This document shows positions 10,059-18,451 of a stretch of DNA of 64,000 nucleotides, one piece after another. Numbering within the stretch: the stretch's first letter is position 1; each line of letters begins with the position of its first letter. The stretch spans positions 992,001 through 1,056,000 of the forward strand of contig CAVYKI010000009.1 in the NCBI GenBank assembly GCA_963769025.1. Reading direction: 5' to 3'. The translations under genes and the position numbers were made by a program. Below the pieces are notes generated by a model. The model was given only the letters and a program-made list of their open reading frames with translations. It had not been told where the DNA came from and searched no databases. The DNA comes from an uncultured Verrucomicrobiae bacterium (GTDB lineage Bacteria > Verrucomicrobiota > Verrucomicrobiia > Chthoniobacterales > Chthoniobacteraceae).

Positions 10059-11440
10059 ATGAAACGCGCCCGAAAGCTGAGGAATCTCATCCTCGTCCTC
10101 GGAGATCAACTGGACGAGCGCTCGGCGGCATTCGATGGCTTCGACCCCCGCATGGACGCCATCTGGATGGCGGAGGTCGCGCACGAGTCCGAGAAGGTCT
10201 GGGTGGCAAAACCGCGCATCGCCATTTTCCTCGCGGCGATGCGCCACTTTCGCGATGCCCTGCTCGAGCGCGGCTGGCGGGTCTTCTACCGCGCGCTCAC
10301 GGCGAAATCCGCGGAGTGGAGCGGACTGAGCGGCACGGGATTGCCCGGCGAGACATTCGCCGCGCAACTCGCGTGGGCCATCGCGCAGACGCATCCGGAA
10401 AGGCTCATCATCGTCGAACCCGGCGAGTGGGGCGTGCGCGACGAAATCGCCGCCGCCACGCGCGAAGCGAAAGTGCCGCTGGAGATTCGCACAGACCGCC
10501 ATTTTCTCTGCTCCGCCGAGGAGTTCGCCGCGCACGCGAAAGGCCGGAAGCAACTGCGCATGGAATATTTCTACCGCGAGATGCGCGTGAAGACCGGCGT
10601 GCTCATGGACGGCGACAAGCCCGCGGGCGGCGAGTGGAATTTCGACCACGACAATCGCGAATCCTTCGGCAAAGACGGCCCCGGCTTCCTGCCAGCGCCG
10701 CGCCGATTTCTGCCGGACGAGACGACACGCGAAGTGATGGCGATGGTCTCCGCGCGCTTCGCGAGCATCCGGGGGAGTTGGAAAAGTTCGACTGGCCCGT
10801 GACCGCCGCGCAGGCGCGCGAGGCGCTCGATGATTTCATCGCGCACCGGCTCCCGGATTTCGGCCGGTGGGAGGATGCGATGTGGTCGGGCGAGCCGTGG
10901 CTCTACCATTCGCGCCTCAGCGCCGCGCTTAATCTCAAGCTGCTCGATCCCCGCGAAGTGCTCACCGCCGCCGAGCGCGCATGGCGCGAAAAGCGCGCGC
11001 CGATCGCGAGCGTCGAGGGTTTCATCCGGCAAATCCTCGGCTGGCGGGAATACGTGCGCGGCATCTACTGGCGGCTCATGCCCGGCTACGTCGGGCGCAA
11101 CGCGCTCGGCGCCGACGAGCCGCTGCCGGCATTCTACTGGACGGGCGAGACGGAGATGAACTGCCTGCGCCACGCGCTTCGCCAGACGCTCGACCACGGC
11201 TACGCGCATCACATCCAGCGGCTCATGGTCACCGGACTCTTCTCGCTGCTGGTCGGAGTCCGCCCGCGGGAGATCGAGGAGTGGTATCTGGCCGTGTACG
11301 TCGATGCCGTGGATTGGGTGGAGCTGCCGAACACTCTCGGCATGTCGCAATACGCAGACGGCGGCGTGATGGCCTCGAAGCCCTACATCGCGACCGGCAA
11401 ATACATCCAGCGCATGTCGAACTACTGCGCCGGCTGCCGC
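10059..11440 (+). CDS. Cryptochrome/photolyase family, FeS-BCP (PhrB/CryB-like) type; frameshift at about 10762 and C-terminally truncated
   Basis: [73 protein letters not shown]; runs straight into fasciclin sequence. Confidence 0.85.
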
Positions 11441-11849
11441 GAAGCGAAAACCATCGTCGGCGTTGCTTCCGGTGCCGGAGCAGTTCAACACCCTCGTGGC
11501 CGCCGTCAAGGCAGCCGGCCTCGTGGACACCCTCAATGGCGCCGGACCTTTCACCGTCTTCGCGCCGACTGACGAAGCGTTCGCGAAGCTCCCCAAGGGC
11601 ACGGTGGAAGACCTGCTCAAGCCCGAGAACAAGGCCAAGCTGGCATCGATCCTCACTTACCACGTGCTCGCCGGAAAAGTCATGGCCGCGGATGTGAAAA
11701 CCATGGGCGCCAAAACCGTGAACGGCAAGGAAGCGTCCATCAAGGTGGGTGGAGGCAAAGTGACCATCGGCGCCGCGAATGTCGTGAAGACGGACATCGC
11801 CGCAAGCAACGGCGTTATCCACGTCATCGACACCGTCCTCATCCCGTAA
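11441..11849 (+). CDS. Fasciclin (FAS1) domain protein lacking start codon and signal peptide
   Basis: [61 protein letters not shown]; extra base at about 11480. Confidence 0.85.
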
Positions 11850-11859
11850 CGAACCTTCC

Positions 11860-11897
11860 GTGAGGGGCTGGCGGCTCACACCGCCAGCCCTTTTCAC
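11860..11897 (+). terminator. Intrinsic terminator after fasciclin
   Basis: gtgaggggctggcgg-ctcaca-ccgccagcccttttcac hairpin with T-run. Confidence 0.75.
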
Positions 11898-11924
11898 GAT
11901 TGGGTGCACTACCCGCCGAGACCT

Positions 11925-12116
11925 ATGTTTCACAAAATCGACTACCCGTTCCTGATCGGGGCTTTCGTCAGTTTCCTCGCCAGCGTCACGCTCTGGTTTC
12001 TGAAAAGTCACGAGTACCGGCTTTTCGTCGGCCTTTGGGTGCCGAGCATTCTCAGCCTGTGGGTCGGAGTGCGCATCGCCATTCTCTCCACCGGCATCAC
12101 GATGAGAAGGCCCTGA
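11925..12116 (+). CDS. Small two-helix membrane protein
   Basis: MFHKIDYPFLIGAFVSFLASVTLWF...LFVGLWVPSILSL; hydrophobic; GC3-biased codons. Confidence 0.6.
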   Translation: MFHKIDYPFLIGAFVSFLASVTLWFLKSHEYRLFVGLWVPSILSLWVGVRIAILSTGITMRRP

Positions 12117-12119
12117 CGC

Positions 12120-12257
12120 ATGGAATACCTCATCGCCATTTTCGGCCTCGGTGTCGCCGTGAGCGGCGTCGTCATGAAAGGCATCTTCCATGCCGAAGAG
12201 TTTACAAAGACTGAGTTGGACCGCCGAAACGAGGAAGGCAACAGAGGATCATCCTGA
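12120..12257 (+). CDS. 45-aa single-pass membrane peptide (below the ORF-track cutoff)
   Basis: MEYLIAIFGLGVAVSGVVMKGIFHAEEFTKTELDRRNEEGNRGSS*; starts 3 nt after the previous stop. Confidence 0.5.
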   Translation: MEYLIAIFGLGVAVSGVVMKGIFHAEEFTKTELDRRNEEGNRGSS

Positions 12258-12354
12258 AACTCGATGACGGCCCCGCTAATCCACCACTTCATTCAAAAGT
12301 AGCCATCACGAATCATTCATTCGCGACTGAATCCAGACTGACCGAACCAACGCC

Positions 12355-12697
12355 ATGAACATCGGACTCTCTGACAGGACCCGGAACACCGTCATCAAAA
12401 CGCTGCAACCGCTGCTTGCCGGTCACGCAGTGCTCGCGATGCAAACGCGCGCCGCTCACTGGCGGCTCACGGACCGGCTCTTCAAGCCCGTGCACGAATG
12501 GCTCGGCGAGCAATACGAAGAATTCTGCCGAAGCGTGGCTGAAGTTGCTCCTCGCTCACCGCGAAGCATTGATCTGCCAGCTCCGCAGCGCGGCAGATGC
12601 GGTCGGCTCCGCAGGGGACAGCGGCACGCAGGACTTTCTCATCGGCCTCATGGAGGACCATGAAAAGACCGCGTGAATGCTGTGTTCCAGTGTCTGA
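12355..12697 (+). pseudogene. dps: Degenerate Dps/ferritin-like gene
   Basis: MNIGLS...AHWRL...VHEWLGEQY, then an internal deletion/frameshift, then GDSGTQDFLIGLMEDHEKTA*ML with TGA where HEKxAWML has Trp. Confidence 0.7.
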
Positions 12698-12768
12698 CCA
12701 GGCCGCGCTTGGTCACTCCCCGCCTTTCGGCACGCAATGGCACAGGCTGACGCGAAGTGTCGGCGCGG

Positions 12769-12933
12769 GCAATGTAGGACAGGCTTCCAGCCTGTCCCGA
12801 ATGGAATGAAGGCACGCGAAGACCGCGAGTGCGTCCTGCCGGATTCGACGCGTGGACTGCGACCGGGCGACCCGTACTGATTTTGTCCGCCCATCTTCCA
12901 TCCGGGACAGGCTGGAAGCCTGTCCGACATTGC
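12769..12933. repeat. REPIN-like inverted pair (GTAG + gacaggcttccagcctgtc hairpin)
   Basis: 38-bp arms at 12769-12806 and 12896-12933 are reverse complements at 36/38 positions; each arm is internally palindromic. Confidence 0.8.
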
Positions 12934-13091
12934 TGCCACGGCACCGCTGAGGCTCATTTCACAAAATCACGCTCGTGCGTTCCACGCCTGTTGGTGACTC
13001 AGCTCCTTGATGCGTCAGCCCTTCGCGATGGCACTTGCGTGGACGACGCGACAGGCGCAGGAACGGAGGGTCACCCCACAGCGAAAAATCC

Positions 13092-14135
13092 ATGAGCCAG
13101 CGCCAGCGCATTTTCCTCCCGTTCATTCCAACCACCCGGCGATTCGCCGCCTGCGTTGCCCTGCTATCACTTTTCGCACTGCCGCCGGCGGGGTTCGGGA
13201 AGGAGTCCAAACTGCCGCCGCCCGTCCGCATCGAATCCGGCGTCAGCGGGCACATTCATCCGGCCCTGTGCATTACCAGCAAGGGAACGCTCGTCGCGGT
13301 CTTCTGCAAAAAGGAACGCGCGCCACATCTCATCACCCGCTCGACCGATGGCGGGAAGACATGGTCGCTGCCAGCGCTCTTTCCTCCGACGATCAAGACC
13401 GGCATCTATCCCGGCTCGCTGACCACGCTCGCCGACGGGCGCATCGTCTCGACGTGGAATGTCTGGTTTGCCGTCCAGGAAAAAATCGCGTCGCGTTACG
13501 TCGCCTTTTCCATCAGCAGCGACGACGGCGTGACTTGGAGCGAGCCGGTCAGCCTCGCGAAGGCCGCCGACCCGAAAATCCACAGCGTCATCCGCCATCC
13601 CATCGTCGAGCTGTCGCCCGAGTCGTGGATGTTCCCCCTCGCCGACCGCACGGTGCTCTACCATCCGAAGTCCGGCGTCGAAAGCCCGTTCGGCGATGCC
13701 ACCAATCACGGGCTGGTGCCGATTGTCCGCACTGCGGCCGGGACATTTGTCAGCGGCAAAGGCTCCCGCTCCACGGATGGCGGCAAGACATGGAAGCCCA
13801 TCGCCCCCTTCCCCGACGTCTTCACGCAAGGCTGGCGGCATCAGATGATCGCGCTGAAGAACGGCTCGCTGCTCGCTTCGCAAATCCCCGGCCCCGGCGT
13901 CGGCGGTGATCGCATCAATTTCATCGTCTCCCGCGATGACGGCGCGTCGTGGGACATGGAGCATCCGGTGGAATTCTACAATCCAAACCGTGCGATCGGC
14001 GGCAGGGCGTGCCCGCGCACCGTCGAACTCGACACGCAGACGCTCGGAACAATCTACTATGACACCGACGAAACACAGCCCGGCGGCTCCGGTGTGTTCT
14101 TCCGGACGATGCCGATCGCGAACTTGGAACCCTGA
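13092..14135 (+). CDS. Secreted BNR/Asp-box repeat (sialidase-like) protein
   Basis: Signal peptide; Asp boxes RSTDGGKTW (x2), SSDDGVTW, SRDDGASW. Confidence 0.8.
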   Translation: MSQRQRIFLPFIPTTRRFAACVALLSLFALPPAGFGKESKLPPPVRIESGVSGHIHPALCITSKGTLVAVFCKKERAPHLITRSTDGGKTWSLPALFPPTIKTGIYPGSLTTLADGRIVSTWNVWFAVQEKIASRYVAFSISSDDGVTWSEPVSLAKAADPKIHSVIRHPIVELSPESWMFPLADRTVLYHPKSGVESPFGDATNHGLVPIVRTAAGTFVSGKGSRSTDGGKTWKPIAPFPDVFTQGWRHQMIALKNGSLLASQIPGPGVGGDRINFIVSRDDGASWDMEHPVEFYNPNRAIGGRACPRTVELDTQTLGTIYYDTDETQPGGSGVFFRTMPIANLEP

Positions 14136-14296
14136 ACGAAAGGCACACGCAATATTCATCGATCGCGGTTCAAGAATGGAACGGGTAATGAATCGGTACG
14201 GCGTAACCCTTCCCGGCCGTGTCGCGCTCCGGATCGCTGTCAGTGCTTCAAATAGTCTTCTCGCAGACGGGTGATCAGACCTTGTACATCCGCCTC

Positions 14297-16636
14297 ATGA
14301 CCCATCGCCCTCCCTCCGGCTTGGCAGCGCTCAGTGCACTTGCGCTGCTCGCCGTTGACGTGCGTGGCGCCGATCCGAAGCCTTACAGCGGTGCGGGCTG
14401 CGCGGCGGCGGATGAGTTCTTCAACGACCATGTCTGGCCGAAGGTCGCCGCGGAGTCGTGCCTGAAATGCCACAAGGCCGGCGGCGATGCCGAGGACAGC
14501 AAACTGGTGCTGCGCGATCCGAAGCGCGAGCCGGATGCGGCGCAGGCGGAGGTGATGCGGCACAATCGCGGGGCGTTCGCGCGCATGGCGACAACGATGG
14601 AAGGCGGCCAGTCGCGGCTGCTGCTGAAAGCCGCAGGCAAGCTCAAACACGAGGGCGAGGAGGTGCTGAAGCCGGACTCGGCGGGTTACGGTGTGCTCGC
14701 AAGTTTTGTCCGCCGCGTAAATGCGCCGCCGGCCGCAACGCTCGCGAAAGAGACGGCGCCGGACAGGAATGCTCCGCCATTTTTCGACGGCATCGTGATG
14801 ATGGACGACCGCCGGCTGCTCCGCCGCGTCACGCTTTCGCTCGCGGGCCGGCTGCCGACGGATGCGGAGATCGCAGACGTGAGCAGGAATGGCCTGAAGG
14901 CGCTGCCGGCGATCCTCGATGCCGTGATGAAGGAGGACGCCTTCTACGACCGGCTGCGCGAGGGGTTCAACGACATCTTCCTCACGCTCGGCGCCGACGG
15001 AAATGCGGACCAGACGTTCCTTTCCTACGATCATTTCCCGCAGAGGCACTGGTATCAGAAGTGGGAGTTCAAAGACATCCCGGACGAGAAGGACCGCAAG
15101 CAGGCCGGCTACAAGATGGCGCGTGAATACCGCGAGGCGCTCCACGGCGAACCGCTGAGACTCATCGAGCAAATCGTGCGCGAACGGAAGCCTTTCACCG
15201 AGATCGTCACGGCGGACTACATCATGGTCTCACCCTACACGGCGCGGGGCTACGGCATGTTCGACGAGCTCCAGGCGCAGTTCAAAAACGCGGACGATCC
15301 CTTTGAATACATCCCGGTGAAGCTCCACGCGCTCAAGGGACGCGCGAAGCCGCAGGATCAGGAGTCGCCGACCGGCTTTTATCCGCATGCGGGACTGCTG
15401 AGCACCTTCCAGTGGCTGTGCCGCTACCCGACGACGGAGACGAACCGCAACCGGCTGCGCGCACGGATGTACTACCAGCACTTCCTCGGCGTCGATGTGC
15501 TCGAGCTCGCGGCTCGCGTGTCGGACGCCGCCGCGGCCACGGCTAAATTCAAGGTGCCGACGATGGAGGCCAGCGAGTGCGTGGTGTGCCATAAGACGCT
15601 CGATCCCGTCGCGGGGCTTTTTCAGGACTACTGGAAGTTCGCCGACCAGGGCGTGTACGGGCGGCGGAAGGACGGCTGGTTCACAGACATGTTCGGCGCG
15701 GGATTCGAGGGCGAGAATCTGCCGGCGGAGGAACGCTGGCGATCGCTGCAATGGCTCGGAGAACGCACGGCCAAGGATCCGCGCTTCGCCGTCGCGATGA
15801 CCGAGCACGCCTACTACATCCTGACCGGTCGCAAGGTGCTGCTGCCGCCGAAGGATCTCGATGACCCGCTCGACGCCGCGAAGCGCCGTGCGTACCAGGC
15901 CCAGCGAAAGCAGACCGAGGCCATCGCCGCGCGCTTCGCGCAGACGGGGTTCGACTTCAAGAGCGTGATCAAGGACTGGGCCGCGTCCGACTTTTACCGC
16001 GCCGACGGACTCGCGACCGTGGCGGCCAAGCCCGAGCGTCGCGCGGAACTCGACGACATCGGCGTCGTGCGAATGCTCGCGCCCGAGCAAGTCGAGCGGA
16101 AGCTGAACGCCATTTTCGGCAAAGGATGGGGACGCCTGAGACATGGTGACGGCGGCATGGCCATGCTCTATGGCGGCATTGACTCGAAGGAAGTCACCGA
16201 TCGCGCCACCGACCCGAGCGGCGCGATGGGCGCGATCCAGCGCATCCTGTCCAACGACGTGGCGTGCAAGCAGACCGCCCTCGACTTCAGCCGCCCGCCT
16301 GCTGAGCGGATTCTTTTCCCAAACATCGAGCCGGACGTGCTGCCCGGCGATTCGCCCGAGGCGGACGCGAAAATCCGCAACGCGATCGTGCATCTGCACA
16401 AGCGCGTGCTCGGCCGCTACGACACACCGGACTCGCCCGAGGTCGCGCGCACGTTTCAGCTTTTCTCCGGAATCGTCAGCGACGCCGCCGAGCACAGCAA
16501 GACGCTCGACAAACAGGAGAGCTACTCCTGCCGCCAGGGCCTCCTCGCTCCCGTGCCCGATCCGAAATACGCCGTCCGCGCATGGCGCGGTGTCGTGACC
16601 TACCTCCTCCGCCAGCACGAGTTCCTCTACGAGTGA
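14297..16636 (+). CDS. Large secreted c-type cytochrome-like protein, related to DUF1588/DUF1592/PSD families
   Basis: Signal peptide, CLKCH and CVVCH motifs, LRRVTLSLAGRLPT, HAGLLST, TNRNRLRAR; upstream of a DUF1501 gene. Confidence 0.7.
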   Translation: MTHRPPSGLAALSALALLAVDVRGADPKPYSGAGCAAADEFFNDHVWPKVAAESCLKCHKAGGDAEDSKLVLRDPKREPDAAQAEVMRHNRGAFARMATTMEGGQSRLLLKAAGKLKHEGEEVLKPDSAGYGVLASFVRRVNAPPAATLAKETAPDRNAPPFFDGIVMMDDRRLLRRVTLSLAGRLPTDAEIADVSRNGLKALPAILDAVMKEDAFYDRLREGFNDIFLTLGADGNADQTFLSYDHFPQRHWYQKWEFKDIPDEKDRKQAGYKMAREYREALHGEPLRLIEQIVRERKPFTEIVTADYIMVSPYTARGYGMFDELQAQFKNADDPFEYIPVKLHALKGRAKPQDQESPTGFYPHAGLLSTFQWLCRYPTTETNRNRLRARMYYQHFLGVDVLELAARVSDAAAATAKFKVPTMEASECVVCHKTLDPVAGLFQDYWKFADQGVYGRRKDGWFTDMFGAGFEGENLPAEERWRSLQWLGERTAKDPRFAVAMTEHAYYILTGRKVLLPPKDLDDPLDAAKRRAYQAQRKQTEAIAARFAQTGFDFKSVIKDWAASDFYRADGLATVAAKPERRAELDDIGVVRMLAPEQVERKLNAIFGKGWGRLRHGDGGMAMLYGGIDSKEVTDRATDPSGAMGAIQRILSNDVACKQTALDFSRPPAERILFPNIEPDVLPGDSPEADAKIRNAIVHLHKRVLGRYDTPDSPEVARTFQLFSGIVSDAAEHSKTLDKQESYSCRQGLLAPVPDPKYAVRAWRGVVTYLLRQHEFLYE

Positions 16637-16642
16637 CCGGCC

Positions 16643-17011
16643 ATGAGACGCGATTTCCTCCACCTGTGCATCGCAGCCGGCGCGGGCTTTGTAACGTGGG
16701 CCGCCTCGACACTGCCTGCTCGCGCTGCGGACGATGCAGGTGGCAGGGATCAATCTGCGCGTGATCTTGGCATCAAGGTGCTCGCGGTGCAGAAGGCGCT
16801 CAGACACCCAAAGGCTCCCGGCGCGATGGATGCGATTACGGCGCTGGGACGCGACTCGCGCTACTACGTGATGGTGCGCGGCTGGCTGGTGCAGGAACTC
16901 GCAGGCGCTGAAAGCATCCGCGACGCAAACCGGGAAGTGATCGCAGCCGAACTGCGCGAGCGGATTGATTTTTTGCACAAGGCCATCCGCGCGATCGACC
17001 TCGAGAAGTGA
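16643..17011 (+). CDS. Hypothetical protein with Tat-like leader
   Basis: MRRDFLHLCIAAGAG...ARA; lies in operon context. Confidence 0.65.
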   Translation: MRRDFLHLCIAAGAGFVTWAASTLPARAADDAGGRDQSARDLGIKVLAVQKALRHPKAPGAMDAITALGRDSRYYVMVRGWLVQELAGAESIRDANREVIAAELRERIDFLHKAIRAIDLEK

Positions 17012-17062
17012 ACCGCACTCCCGCGAAATCCACGAAACAAACACAACCGCTCCTTTTTCATC

Positions 17063-18346
17063 ATGAGACGTGATTTTCTAAAACTCTGCGGCCTGCTCGG
17101 CCTGGGCTTCGCCTGCCCCGGCGGCATGACCTCGATCCTGCGCGCGGCGGTGAAAGAAGAACCGCCCTACGTCGGACCGTTCTACCTCGTGTTCAACGCC
17201 TCGGGCGGCTGGGACACGACCTGCCTGATGGACCCGAAGGGCATCAATGAAATCAACCGACTGTACAAGGAAGGCGACATTCTCACGAAAGGCGCGCACA
17301 AGTTTGCGCCGACGGACAAGCACAAGGCCGGCGGCATGAGCAACGAGGAGTTCTTCGGCGAATTCGGCGGCGAACTGCTCACGCTGAACGGCCTCGACTA
17401 CTCGGTGAACAACCATTCGCCCGGCGCCCGCTACATGGCCACCGGCAAGCTCGACAGCCTCGCGTATCCGACCTTCGCCGCGCTCGTCGCCGCGTGCAAA
17501 GGTCCGGCCTGCCCCCTCTCCTTCCTCACGTTCGGCAACTACTCCAACACCGGCAACCTCGTCGCGATGTCGCGCGTGCCGTACATCCAGTCGCTGCGGC
17601 AAATCGCAAACGCCGATTCCGTCGAGGGCAACACGCGCTCGCCTTACCACGACGATTTCGCCCTCGCGCGCATCGAGCAGGCGTTGCGCGACCAGCGCGA
17701 ATCGCGCACTTCGCTGCCATTGCTCCCGCGGCAGGAGCGCGCCGAAAACATGCTCTACGCCGCGCAGGTGAACTCGAAGGCGATGCAGCGCGTCACCCCT
17801 TTCATCCCGAGTTCGATGCCCAAGGAGCGTCTCGCGCAGCAGGCTGAGATTGCGCTCGCGTCTTTCAAGGCCGGCGTGTGCGTCTCGGCGAATCTTTCCA
17901 TCGGCCAGTTCGACAGCCACGCAAACAACGACGCCGACCAGATGAAGCTCATCCCCGAGTTGCTCGAAGGCATCGCGTATGTCCTGCGACGCGCCGAGGA
18001 GTTGAAGATCCGGGAAAAGCTCGTCGTAGTCATGCAGAGCGAAATGGGCCGCACGCCGGATTACAACAAAGGCAACGGCAAGGACCACTGGTCCGTCGGC
18101 TCGGTGATGTTCCTCGGTCCCGGCATCAAGGGCAACCGCGTCATCGGCGCGACGGACGAGAAACAATTCCACGTCCCGCTCAATCCGCAGACGCTCGCGT
18201 GCGACAGGGTTGCGGGCATCAAAGTGCGCCCGGAGCACATCCACGACGCGCTGCGCAGATACGCCGGCATTGCCGAACATCCGCTCAGCAAGAAGTTCCC
18301 GCTCGTCTTTCCCGAGAAGGAACGGCTCAAGGGATTGCTGGCGTAG
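17063..18346 (+). CDS. DUF1501-family protein
   Basis: MRRDFLK leader, SGGWD, FDSH, SEMGRTP, GKDHW, GIKGNRVIGATD. Confidence 0.8.
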   Translation: MRRDFLKLCGLLGLGFACPGGMTSILRAAVKEEPPYVGPFYLVFNASGGWDTTCLMDPKGINEINRLYKEGDILTKGAHKFAPTDKHKAGGMSNEEFFGEFGGELLTLNGLDYSVNNHSPGARYMATGKLDSLAYPTFAALVAACKGPACPLSFLTFGNYSNTGNLVAMSRVPYIQSLRQIANADSVEGNTRSPYHDDFALARIEQALRDQRESRTSLPLLPRQERAENMLYAAQVNSKAMQRVTPFIPSSMPKERLAQQAEIALASFKAGVCVSANLSIGQFDSHANNDADQMKLIPELLEGIAYVLRRAEELKIREKLVVVMQSEMGRTPDYNKGNGKDHWSVGSVMFLGPGIKGNRVIGATDEKQFHVPLNPQTLACDRVAGIKVRPEHIHDALRRYAGIAEHPLSKKFPLVFPEKERLKGLLA

Positions 18347-18451
18347 GATTGGGAAAATCGCATTTGCAAGCGACCCGAACACGCGTCCGCGCGCAGGGCC
18401 AACACCGACAATGCGCTGGCGTCCCCCCGCCCCCACGGTCACTTTCACCGC

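Noticed and set aside
12674..12676. TGA read as Trp or Sec in dps (alternative genetic code)
   Set aside because: TGA is used as a normal stop in many genes here, TGG encodes Trp, and the gene shows other decay.
17012..17062. A/C-rich cacgaaa-like stretch as a repeat element
   Set aside because: Too short and degenerate, with no inverted partner nearby.
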